61,053 nucleotides of DNA, taken from IMG/VR virus record IMGVR_UViG_3300032278_004243, positions 1 to 61,053 of that record. One strand, written 5' to 3'. The position numbers and the translations under genes are program-made. The DNA is from a virus (taxonomy: Duplodnaviria; Caudoviricetes). The notes under the pieces were generated by a model that was not told where the DNA came from, searched no databases, and was given only the letters and a program-made list of their open reading frames with translations. Position 1 is the first letter of the stretch. Each line of letters opens with the position of its first letter. Of the stretch, positions 53,258-61,053 are shown in pieces.

Positions 53258-54047
53258 GAACCGTCACTACCTGCCCGCCAATATGCAGGACCGGGCGCTG
53301 AAGCTGCTGCTGATCGGCTGCGGCGGTAACGGTGCCCAGATGCTCATGGGGCTGGCCTCGCTCGATACGGCATTGCGAGAGATCTCGTCGCGCTCGCTCG
53401 ATGTCACCGTGGTGGATGACGACACCGTCAGCGAGGCCAATCTCGGCCGCCAGCCGTTCTACCGCTGCGATCTCGGTAATTCCAAGGCGCGCACGCTGGT
53501 CGAGCGGATCAACATCGCGCACGGGCTCAACTGGCATGCCGTGCATGGCCGGGCACCCGGGGCCATCGGCGTCGGCGGCCACGATCTCGTCATCACTTGC
53601 GTCGACACCGCCGCCGCTCGGCGCGCGATCGGCGCCGCGATGCAGCCAGACCCGCAGAACTACAATCACATCCCGCCCGCCTACTGGCTCGATCTCGGCA
53701 ACCGCGCCACCGACGGCCAGTTCCTGATCGGCCAGCCGGCGCGCAAGTACGATCGCGACGATCTGCGCCGCCTCCCCACCGTGCTCGAATACTTCCCCGA
53801 GCTCGCGGACGAGACCGTGGTCGAGGACGACGCGCCCAGCTGCTCGGTCGCCGAAGCGCTGGAGCGGCAAAGCCTCTTCATCAACCGCGTCGTCGCCAGC
53901 CATGCCCTGGTCTTGCTGTTCGAACTGCTCGGCCGCGGTTCGATCGGCCACGCCGGCGCCTTCATCAATCTCGCCAGCGGGCAGGCCGTGCCGATCCCGC
54001 TGCCCCCAATCCCGAACCCCACCGCGCAGGAGGCGCAAGCAGCATGA
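53247..54047 (+). CDS. PRTRC system ThiF/E1-family protein
   Basis: IGCGGNG; D.D.VSEANLGRQ; CVD...AR; YWLDLGN; PSCS.AEAL..Q.LFIN. Confidence 0.92.
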   Translation: MQPENRHYLPANMQDRALKLLLIGCGGNGAQMLMGLASLDTALREISSRSLDVTVVDDDTVSEANLGRQPFYRCDLGNSKARTLVERINIAHGLNWHAVHGRAPGAIGVGGHDLVITCVDTAAARRAIGAAMQPDPQNYNHIPPAYWLDLGNRATDGQFLIGQPARKYDRDDLRRLPTVLEYFPELADETVVEDDAPSCSVAEALERQSLFINRVVASHALVLLFELLGRGSIGHAGAFINLASGQAVPIPLPPIPNPTAQEAQAA

Positions 54048-54721
54048 GCGAGACCAATCTGACCAACCTGATCAGCAGCGCTGTCGCTGCCCGCCTCGAT
54101 AGCGATTTCATCGAAAAAGAAATCCAGACCCGCGTCGACAAGCTGATCACCGAAAGCATCGACCGGGCGCTGCGCACCTACAGCGAAACTGGAAAGCTGA
54201 TTGAGAAGGCGGTGGAGGATTCGCTCCGCGTCGAACGCATCGATCTGCCGAGCTATGGCGTCACCGTCGCCAAGATGGTGAAGGCGGCCGTGGAGCATCA
54301 CGTCGCTGATATCGTGCAGGGCCGCCTCAAGCAGGATGTGGAGGAGCTGCTCCACCTCGCGCCGAAAACGGTGAAGCTTTCCGAGATCGCCGAGATGATG
54401 CTGGAGCAGCACAAAGGCGACGGTGAATATGGCGAGGTCACCACCTTCATCATCGGCGAAAGCTCGTACAAATCGCGGTGGTTTTATCTCGACGACGAGA
54501 AGGTGATCAAGGAGCGTGACAAGTACAGCTGCAAGTACCGACTGCTGGTCGGTGATGACGGCATCATCAGCTCGGTTTTCATCGGGGAGAGCAAAGCCAG
54601 CCCCGACCGCTGGATTGGCCGCTCTTACGGATTCGAACAGCGCCTTCGCGCGTTCGTCGCATGCGGCACCGTGATCGAATTCGACACGGAATACCCCTGC
54701 ACTACCGTGGGGGACTATTGA
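54044..54721 (+). CDS. Hypothetical phage protein
   Basis: ATGA-coupled; strong codon bias. Confidence 0.65.
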   Translation: MSETNLTNLISSAVAARLDSDFIEKEIQTRVDKLITESIDRALRTYSETGKLIEKAVEDSLRVERIDLPSYGVTVAKMVKAAVEHHVADIVQGRLKQDVEELLHLAPKTVKLSEIAEMMLEQHKGDGEYGEVTTFIIGESSYKSRWFYLDDEKVIKERDKYSCKYRLLVGDDGIISSVFIGESKASPDRWIGRSYGFEQRLRAFVACGTVIEFDTEYPCTTVGDY

Positions 54722-54723
54722 CC

Positions 54724-55038
54724 ATGATCACCCAGCAAACCGCCACCGATATCGCCGTGCTCTACCGCGATATCGAGGCTGCCGAAGAGCTTCTCAAGCA
54801 GGTCAACGACGCGGTCGACAAGATGCATCAGGTCGACATCCGCGATGTGTTCGGGCGGCGCCAATATGCCTTGCAGCTCGGCATCCCCAGCGGCGGCAAC
54901 GGCCACCGCATCCTGCACGTGCCCTATCAGCTCGCAATTCCGGTGATCGAGGCGACCATCGCCAGCCACCGCGCCGCGATCAAAGCGCTGATGACCAAGG
55001 CCCGCGCCGAACTGGCGGGCGAGGCGGCGCAGGCATGA
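54724..55038 (+). CDS. Hypothetical phage protein
   Basis: D.FGR...LQLG.PSG..GHR motif. Confidence 0.6.
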   Translation: MITQQTATDIAVLYRDIEAAEELLKQVNDAVDKMHQVDIRDVFGRRQYALQLGIPSGGNGHRILHVPYQLAIPVIEATIASHRAAIKALMTKARAELAGEAAQA

Positions 55039-55298
55039 GCTACGATCAGATCACGCGCGATATCGCCCGGAAGGCTGGCGAGGATGTGTGCGCCGCGATC
55101 AATCGCAACATGGCGTTGGTCGACGATCCGATGAGCAAGACGATGGTGGCCATGATGGCCGCCGGTCAAGCCTTCGCCATCCCCGCAGCGCTGCTTGCGA
55201 TCAAGCTCGGCACCGATCCCGAAACCGTTGCCGACGTCCTGATCGCGCGCGTTCGTCCGATCATTGTCGATGCCATCAAGGAGCTTGCCCGTGCCTGA
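55035..55298 (+). CDS. Hypothetical protein
   Basis: ATGA coupling. Confidence 0.5.
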   Translation: MSYDQITRDIARKAGEDVCAAINRNMALVDDPMSKTMVAMMAAGQAFAIPAALLAIKLGTDPETVADVLIARVRPIIVDAIKELARA

Positions 55299-55719
55299 AG
55301 CCACCCCCATCGCCGCCATGGACCTGCCCGACGGCGACTACGCCATCGTCGAGGTTCTCGGTCACCGCACGCTGATCGGCCGCGTCGCCGAGATCGAGCG
55401 CTTCGGCACCAAGATGCTGCAGATCGAGCCGCTGTTCGGAGATGTCATGCTGGCCCCGGTGCTGGTGGGCGGCGGAAGCCTCTACCAGTTCACGCCGTGC
55501 TCTGCGGAGACGGCCTACGCGCGGCGACCCAAGCGGACCTACGAGCTTCCCGGCAGCGTTGCCGCGACAATCCCGCCACCGGCGCTGCCGGACAACAGCG
55601 AATTGCCGTCGTTCCTAGTCGAGGATCACGCGGGTGCCGGTGTCTGCGCCCACGACGCAACCGAGGACGACGAGGACGGCAACCAGATGTGCATCACCTG
55701 CAAGGAGGTCATTTACTGA
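55291..55719 (+). CDS. Hypothetical phage protein
   Basis: AAGGAG SD, GTG start; AIVE.LGHR...GR..E.E.FG..M; C-terminal C.H...C..C. Confidence 0.6.
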   Translation: MPEATPIAAMDLPDGDYAIVEVLGHRTLIGRVAEIERFGTKMLQIEPLFGDVMLAPVLVGGGSLYQFTPCSAETAYARRPKRTYELPGSVAATIPPPALPDNSELPSFLVEDHAGAGVCAHDATEDDEDGNQMCITCKEVIY

Positions 55720-56741
55720 TGGCCGCCAGCAAGATCGAATGGACCGACCGCAGCGACTGGAACCCGATCCGGGGCTGCACTCGCATCTCGCCCGGCTGCG
55801 GCGGCCCCGGTGATCACGGCGGCTGCTATGCCGAGGCGATGGCCGGGCGCTTCTCAAAGCCCGGCCAGTGGGGCCACGGCTTTGCCGAGCGCACCGCCAA
55901 GGGCGGACGCTGGACCGGCGAGGTCGCGATCCAGTGGGACCGCATCGACCTACCGCTGCGCTGGCGCATACCGGCCAAGATCTTCGCAAGCAGCACCAGC
56001 GATTTCTTTCACGCCGCCTTGGAGATGGGCGACGTGGCGCAGCTGTTCGGCGTGATGATCGCAGCCCATCACGTGCGAGGCCATATCTTTCAGGTGCTGA
56101 CCAAGCGGTCGGACATTATGCTGGCATGGCTGAACGAGTCCGAGTTCTGGGAAATCGCCAACGCGGCGGCAGGCGCGCACGTCATGGAGCGCGTCGATCC
56201 GCTCGACCGGCGCAGTGACGACGCCCGCGCCACGCTGGACGACTACGGTCCGAACAATCCTCCGCCCGGCATCTGGCTCGGCGTCAGTGTCGAGGATCAG
56301 CAGCGCGCGGACGAACGGAGAGAGGACCTGCGCAACACCCCGGCGGTGGTGAAGTTTGTCAGCTATGAGCCTGCGCTCGGCGCTGTGGACTGGTCGGGGT
56401 GGGACTTCGTCGACCAGATCATCGGTGGCGGTGAAAGCGGTCCGAAGGCGCGGCCTGCGCACCCCGACTGGTTCCGCAATGCCCGCGATTGGTGCGCGGT
56501 GAACGGTGTCGCCTACTTCCACAAGCAGAATGGCGAATGGGTCTCAGTCTACGACCGCGACCGCGACGATCCCCAATGGAACAAGGTGCCGAAACCGGGT
56601 GACTGGGATCGAAAGCGCTGGCTGAACCTTGCCGGGGGTCAGGGCTTCCACGGCGACAAGCTCAACATGATGCAGAAGGTGGGCAAAAAGGCGGCCGGCC
56701 GCTTTCTCGACGGCGTCGAACACAACGGCATGCCCGCATGA
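55719..56741 (+). CDS. DUF5131 (phage Gp37/Gp68) family protein
   Basis: SKIEWTD..WNP..GC..ISPGC...CYA; FQVLTKR; WLGVSVEDQ; S.EP.LG; GGESG..ARP.HP.W; KQ.GEW. Confidence 0.9.
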   Translation: MAASKIEWTDRSDWNPIRGCTRISPGCGGPGDHGGCYAEAMAGRFSKPGQWGHGFAERTAKGGRWTGEVAIQWDRIDLPLRWRIPAKIFASSTSDFFHAALEMGDVAQLFGVMIAAHHVRGHIFQVLTKRSDIMLAWLNESEFWEIANAAAGAHVMERVDPLDRRSDDARATLDDYGPNNPPPGIWLGVSVEDQQRADERREDLRNTPAVVKFVSYEPALGAVDWSGWDFVDQIIGGGESGPKARPAHPDWFRNARDWCAVNGVAYFHKQNGEWVSVYDRDRDDPQWNKVPKPGDWDRKRWLNLAGGQGFHGDKLNMMQKVGKKAAGRFLDGVEHNGMPA

Positions 56742-57328
56742 ACCTTGATTACCTTACCAAGGCACCTTCATCGGCGCTGGCTGTCGAAATCATCGAGCAA
56801 TGGGCACGCGCGGAAGGGCTGCTCTTTTCCGCCAACCCGCTCACCGGCAATGGTGCGGTGTTCAGCATCTGCAGGCGCTTCCGCTATTTGCTTTGGCGGC
56901 ACGCGTCAGTGGTCGCGCCGTTCTTTGCGCTCGGCATGCTGAACCCGTCGACGGCCGACGCGGACGAGGACGATCCGACAATCAATCGCGGCATCGGCTT
57001 CGCGCAGCGCGAGCGGCTTGCCGGGCCTCTGGTGTGGAACTTGAACGCCTTCCGCGCGACGGACCCAGCCGACATGAAAGCGGCCGACGATCCGGTAGGT
57101 CCGCACAACAATGCGGCGATCGATCTTGCGCTGCGTCTGGCTGAGATCACCGTCGCCGCATGGGGTACGCATGGCCCGCATGGCGGCCGCGATCGGGACG
57201 TCTTGCGCCGCTGCGCTGCCGCCGGGCGCCAGCTACACGCGCTGAAGCTGACGAAAGACGGTCATCCCGGTCATCCGCTTTACCTGCCAAAATCGCTACG
57301 GCCGCAGCCATGGGAGTTCGATTGGTGA
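56738..57328 (+). CDS. DUF1643 family protein
   Basis: MLNPSTAD...DDPT; NL.AFRAT.P; AAWG; G.P.HPLY. Confidence 0.88.
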   Translation: MNLDYLTKAPSSALAVEIIEQWARAEGLLFSANPLTGNGAVFSICRRFRYLLWRHASVVAPFFALGMLNPSTADADEDDPTINRGIGFAQRERLAGPLVWNLNAFRATDPADMKAADDPVGPHNNAAIDLALRLAEITVAAWGTHGPHGGRDRDVLRRCAAAGRQLHALKLTKDGHPGHPLYLPKSLRPQPWEFDW

Positions 57329-57486
57329 ACGCCATCCCCGAAAGCACGCTCAGCGCTGCCATGGACCGCCTTGTGGCCGAAGGTCGCGCCGAATGGACTA
57401 CCATAAGGGGCCAGCCGGCCCTGCGCCTCACAGATCTCGGCAAGGCCCTTCTGCGCCAGCCGCGCCAGCCGGAGACGGTGCAATGA
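57325..57486 (+). CDS. Small hypothetical (winged-helix-like) protein
   Basis: GTG start coupled to upstream stop; LRLTDLG. Confidence 0.4.
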   Translation: MNAIPESTLSAAMDRLVAEGRAEWTTIRGQPALRLTDLGKALLRQPRQPETVQ

Positions 57487-58082
57487 CCGCTTGGCCCTTC
57501 GGATCGATCCCGCCGCTCAGCTTCGACGTGATCCTCGCCGATCCGGCCACGCGGTTTGAGACATGGTCCGCCGCCGGCGAGGGCAAGAGCCCGCAGGCCC
57601 AGTACCCGACGATGACGTGGGACGAGCTCGCCGCGCTGCCCGTCAGCCAGCTCGGCCGCGGCGATGCCCTGCTGTTCCTCTGGGCCTGCTGGCCGACGCT
57701 GCGCGAATCCATCGCGCTGCTGGAAAAGTGGGGCTTCCGCTATGTCACCGGCGGCGCCTGGCACAAGCGATCCAAACACGGCAAGACCGCCTTCGGCACC
57801 GGCTATGTGCTGCGCAGTGCCAGCGAGCCCTACCTGATCGGCACGCTCGGCAGCCCGGTCACCGCCAACAACGTCCGCGGGCTGATCGAGAGCACCGACA
57901 TGGACGTGATCGACGCGATCGCGCGCGGCCACAGCCGCAAGCCCGATGCGCAATACGACTACTGCCGCCGCCTCTGCCCCAACGCCCTGCGCTTCGTCGA
58001 GCTTTTCGCCCGCCAGCGCCAGCCGGGTTGGGATGCCTGGGGCAACCAGATCGACAAGTTCACCCCGGAGCCAGCCGCATGA
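57483..58082 (+). CDS. MT-A70-family methyltransferase
   Basis: Y.TM...L..LPV; LFLW; WGF.Y; G.GY..R...E; HSRKP; ELFAR...GW..WGNQ; motif IV reads DPAT. Confidence 0.85.
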   Translation: MTAWPFGSIPPLSFDVILADPATRFETWSAAGEGKSPQAQYPTMTWDELAALPVSQLGRGDALLFLWACWPTLRESIALLEKWGFRYVTGGAWHKRSKHGKTAFGTGYVLRSASEPYLIGTLGSPVTANNVRGLIESTDMDVIDAIARGHSRKPDAQYDYCRRLCPNALRFVELFARQRQPGWDAWGNQIDKFTPEPAA

Positions 58083-58387
58083 GCACCGTGTCCTACGAAG
58101 TCGGCAAGACCATGAAGTTCCCGCTGTGGCTGATCTTCAGCGATACGGGCGAGGTGCGAATGACGCGGCGCGAGCCCAGCCGCCTTGCCCGCGATGAACG
58201 CGCGCTGTTCCTTGAGGCGACACTGCCGCTCTCGCTCTGGGCCACGCCCACGCTCAGCGCCCGCCTGACGGTCGAGGCGCCCGGCACCCCCGCCACGGTC
58301 AAGCTCGACCTCGCCGCCGCCAGCGAAGCGCTGAAGGGCGCGCTGGGCGTCGATATCGACCTTCAGGTGAGGGAGCCGGAGGCGTGA
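58079..58387 (+). CDS. Hypothetical protein
   Basis: ATGA/GTGA coupling. Confidence 0.55.
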   Translation: MSTVSYEVGKTMKFPLWLIFSDTGEVRMTRREPSRLARDERALFLEATLPLSLWATPTLSARLTVEAPGTPATVKLDLAAASEALKGALGVDIDLQVREPEA

Positions 58388-58749
58388 TCCGGCTGCGCGA
58401 ACTGAACCACTACCGCGATCGCGCGTGGGAGCTGGCCTGGGCGGGCGAGCGCGGCAACGATTTCTGCGGTGCGTTCGTCATTCCCAGCGCCACCGTTGCG
58501 GCAAACCGGCTGCGCTGCCTCGCCGTCAGGGAGGGAGGCTGGGATCATGTCAGCATCAGCTGCACCCTGCCGCGCTGCCCGACGTGGGCGGAAATGGATC
58601 AGATCAATCGCCTGTTCTTCCGGCCCGATGAAGTCGCGATGCAGCTGCACCCGGCCGAGAGCAACCACATCAGCGTGCATCCCCACACGCTGCACCTCTG
58701 GCGCCCGCACGAGGCGGCGATTCCACTGCCGCCCTTGGAGTTCGTTTGA
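58384..58749 (+). CDS. Conserved His-rich phage protein
   Basis: GWDHVS.S...RCPTW.EM...LFF...Q.HP....I..HP..LHLW. Confidence 0.7.
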   Translation: MIRLRELNHYRDRAWELAWAGERGNDFCGAFVIPSATVAANRLRCLAVREGGWDHVSISCTLPRCPTWAEMDQINRLFFRPDEVAMQLHPAESNHISVHPHTLHLWRPHEAAIPLPPLEFV

Positions 58750-59552
58750 TGAAGGTGCCATCGTCGCGATCGGCCTTTGAGACCGAAGCCGAACTCGTCG
58801 CCGAGTTCCTCAGCCAGCTGGCTTATCAGCATCGCGAAAGAGGCAGCCCTTGGACGATCTATTCCGAAACCGCCGGGTGGGATGTGCTTCTCGTCCACAA
58901 GACCGGTTTTCAGCTCGGGCTTGAGGCCAAGCTTTCCCTGAACGCCAAGGTCATCGATCAGGCACTCGATGGCGCCCATTCGCGCTGGAGCTGCGACGGC
59001 CCGGACTATCGGGGAGTGCTTGTGCCGCAAGACAAGGTCCAGCACCATCTTGGCCGCATCTGCAAGGCCTTGGGCTTGGGAATCATCGACGTTCGGCCGC
59101 GTGAAGCCGGAACTTACCGGTATTTCGACATGCCTGGCGAAGACAGTTATCAGCAGAGCTGGCCGCACTGGTGCCCGGCCGAGCGGTGCAAGCTGCCAGA
59201 CTTCGTGCCCGACACCGCCGGCGGCCACAAGTCGCCCGTCCAGCTGACAGATTGGAAGATCAAGGCGATCAAGCTCATGATCGTGCTGGAGCGGCGCGGC
59301 TACGTCACCAGAGCGGACATGAAGGCTCTGAGCATCAGTCCCAGCCGCTGGACCGATCCTTGGCATGGCTTTCTTGACCGCGCGCCGCAGCTCGGCGGCT
59401 ACGTCAGAAACGGTCGCACACCCGATCTGCGCGCCCAGCATCCGCGCAACTATCCCGAGATTGAAGCGCAAGCCGACAAGTGGGCGGCAACCTGCGGAAT
59501 CGATCTCAGCGTGGCTGCGGCCTTTGCCAACTTGCTGGACCTGCCGACATGA
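58749..59552 (+). CDS. PD-(D/E)XK nuclease-like protein
   Basis: Y.ET..WD.LL......G.EAK...QA pattern. Confidence 0.5.
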   Translation: MKVPSSRSAFETEAELVAEFLSQLAYQHRERGSPWTIYSETAGWDVLLVHKTGFQLGLEAKLSLNAKVIDQALDGAHSRWSCDGPDYRGVLVPQDKVQHHLGRICKALGLGIIDVRPREAGTYRYFDMPGEDSYQQSWPHWCPAERCKLPDFVPDTAGGHKSPVQLTDWKIKAIKLMIVLERRGYVTRADMKALSISPSRWTDPWHGFLDRAPQLGGYVRNGRTPDLRAQHPRNYPEIEAQADKWAATCGIDLSVAAAFANLLDLPT

Positions 59553-59845
59553 CCCAGCTGCTCACCGAAGCCGAAGCGGCTCAGCTGCTCCGCATCGGCG
59601 AGCGGACGCTGCGCGAGCTGCGGAAGGCCCGGAAGATCCGCTATGTGGCAATCACCGCGCGGAAGATCGCCTATCGCCTCGAGGATTGCGAAGAGTACAT
59701 TGCCTCCTGCGTGCGGCTCGATTCGGCCGAGCGCGGGAACGATGGCCAGATGCAGGGCAAAGGCGGACGCGGCCGGGCCAGACCAGCCGCATCGATGCGG
59801 ACCGGCAATATCGTGCCCTTCAGCCAGAGGAAGGCGCTTGCTTGA
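59549..59845 (+). CDS. xis: Excisionase-like HTH protein
   Basis: LLT..EAA.LL.I..RTL..LR...I.Y; directly upstream of the integrase. Confidence 0.8.
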   Translation: MTQLLTEAEAAQLLRIGERTLRELRKARKIRYVAITARKIAYRLEDCEEYIASCVRLDSAERGNDGQMQGKGGRGRARPAASMRTGNIVPFSQRKALA

Positions 59846-61053
59846 CCGTCTACCGCCACCAGAACAGCCCCTACTGGCACTACGAATTCCAGATGAAGGG
59901 CGTCCGGCACTACGGCTCGACCTTCTGCACATCAAAGCGCGATGCCGAGCGCTTCGAGCGCGATCGCCGGACCGAGGCCGCGACCGGGCGCACCGAGAAG
60001 CCATCGATCACGCTCGATCTCGGCTTTGGCCTGTTCTGGGAGACGAAGGGCCGCTTCGACAGCGCGCACAAGACCACCGAGTACCAGATGGCCAACCTGC
60101 TGCGCCTGCTGCCAGCCGGAATGCTGCTGCACGATCTGGACGACATCACGATCAGCGCTTTCATCGCCCGCCGCCGCGGCGAGCCGAAGCGCAGCCAGGT
60201 GGCGAAGCCGCGCAGCGCCAGAAAGGGTCGCAAGGCCAAGCCAGCCGCACCGGCCGCGCCGATATCGATCGAGTACGTCTCGAACGCCAGCGTCAACCGC
60301 GAGGTGCAGCTGCTCCGCCGCATCATCCGCTTCCTCGCCAGCCGCTACCGGGCACCAGAGATCGATTGGGCGCAGCACAAGCTGAAGGAACAGGAAGGCC
60401 GTGCCCGCGAGATGCAGCCGGATGAGGAACGCGCCCTGTTCGAACGCCTGCGCGCCGAGGACAACGACCTCGCCGATCTGGTCGAGTTCGCCATGCTCTG
60501 CGGCACCCGCAAGGACGGCGCCCGCACGCTCCTTTGGTCCAAGGTCGATCTGAAGGCCGGGTTTGCCGAGGTGCACACCAAGGGCGATGTCTGGCACCGC
60601 TTCCCGCTCACCCAGCGCATGAAGATGATCATCGCCAATCGGCCCAAGGTCGGGCCCTATGTGTTCACTTACGTCTGCCGTCGCCCGGCACCGCCGAAGA
60701 TGGGACCAGACGGCAAGCTCCAGCCGCGCCGCCTCGCCGGCGAGCGCTATCCTTTCAGCAAGCAGGGCTGGGACCGCCGCTGGCGCCGCATCCTGAAGGA
60801 TGCCGGGATCACCGATTTCCGCTTCCACGATCTGCGCCATACCGCAGGTTCTCGCATCACCCGCGCTGGCGGCCTACGCACCGCTCAGAAGATCCTTGGC
60901 CACACCCGGATTGAGACCACCGCCCGCTATGCGCACGTGACCGAGCATGACATGCTTTCGGCGATGGAAGCTGCAGACCAGTCCCGGAATAGTCCCGAAG
61001 CACTTCTGAACCGCGCCCCCGAAAAGCGTGCAAATTCAGGCGGTAAACTATAA
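59842..61053 (+). CDS. int: Tyrosine recombinase (integrase)
   Basis: N-terminal arm W.Y.F...G.R...ST; catalytic R (GTR), K (TKG), H-x-x-R (FHDLRH), LGH and Y (RYAH); TTG start at 59842. Confidence 0.95.
   Translation: MTVYRHQNSPYWHYEFQMKGVRHYGSTFCTSKRDAERFERDRRTEAATGRTEKPSITLDLGFGLFWETKGRFDSAHKTTEYQMANLLRLLPAGMLLHDLDDITISAFIARRRGEPKRSQVAKPRSARKGRKAKPAAPAAPISIEYVSNASVNREVQLLRRIIRFLASRYRAPEIDWAQHKLKEQEGRAREMQPDEERALFERLRAEDNDLADLVEFAMLCGTRKDGARTLLWSKVDLKAGFAEVHTKGDVWHRFPLTQRMKMIIANRPKVGPYVFTYVCRRPAPPKMGPDGKLQPRRLAGERYPFSKQGWDRRWRRILKDAGITDFRFHDLRHTAGSRITRAGGLRTAQKILGHTRIETTARYAHVTEHDMLSAMEAADQSRNSPEALLNRAPEKRANSGGKL

Larger units (their letters stand above)
1..61053. mobile_element. Temperate myovirus-like prophage (lysis-tail-head-packaging-replication | cro/cI | accessory-xis-int)
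   Basis: Complete lambdoid-type module order; contractile tail genes; cI/cro switch; integrase stop codon is the last base of the window; att sites not seen. Confidence 0.95.

Noticed and set aside
53247-54047. Thiamine or molybdopterin biosynthesis (ThiF/MoeB), or CBASS Cap2
   Set aside because: No thiS/thiG/moa genes and no CD-NTase; context is PRTRC
1-61053. attL/attR direct repeats, tRNA genes, IS elements
   Set aside because: None recognised by eye; the window starts and ends at gene boundaries, so att sites probably lie outside it

Overview
The whole window reads as one temperate phage or prophage, probably from an alphaproteobacterial, Sphingomonadaceae-like host (inferred from high GC and gene families; not database-checked). 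The minus strand of about 0.9-38.7 kb carries, in transcription order: cro and early regulators, DnaB and a DUF1376/YdaU-type initiator with internal iterons, a Q-like late regulator with a pR'/tR'-like element, terminase, a DUF1073 portal, DUF2213 and a DUF2184 capsid, a contractile tail (DUF3383 sheath, DUF3277 tube, chaperone with a -1 slippery site, tape measure, baseplate), two receptor-binding modules (one with an SGNH esterase), and a holin/SAR-endolysin/spanin lysis cassette. The plus strand of about 38.8-61 kb carries cI and a long, translationally coupled accessory operon ending in excisionase and a tyrosine integrase. The standout is a near-complete PRTRC cassette at 47946-54047 inside this early operon: ParB-like, E, ubiquitin-like C, F, E2-like B, JAB peptidase A and ThiF/E1. 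This is a prokaryotic ubiquitin-like conjugation system, and it carries an extra Cys/Trp-rich gene. Nearby are two DNA methyltransferases, DUF5131 and DUF1643 genes, an acyl carrier protein and a 60-bp tandem-repeat gene. All family calls come from reading motifs and synteny by eye; no searches were run. No att sites, tRNAs, CRISPR arrays or reverse transcriptase were recognised.
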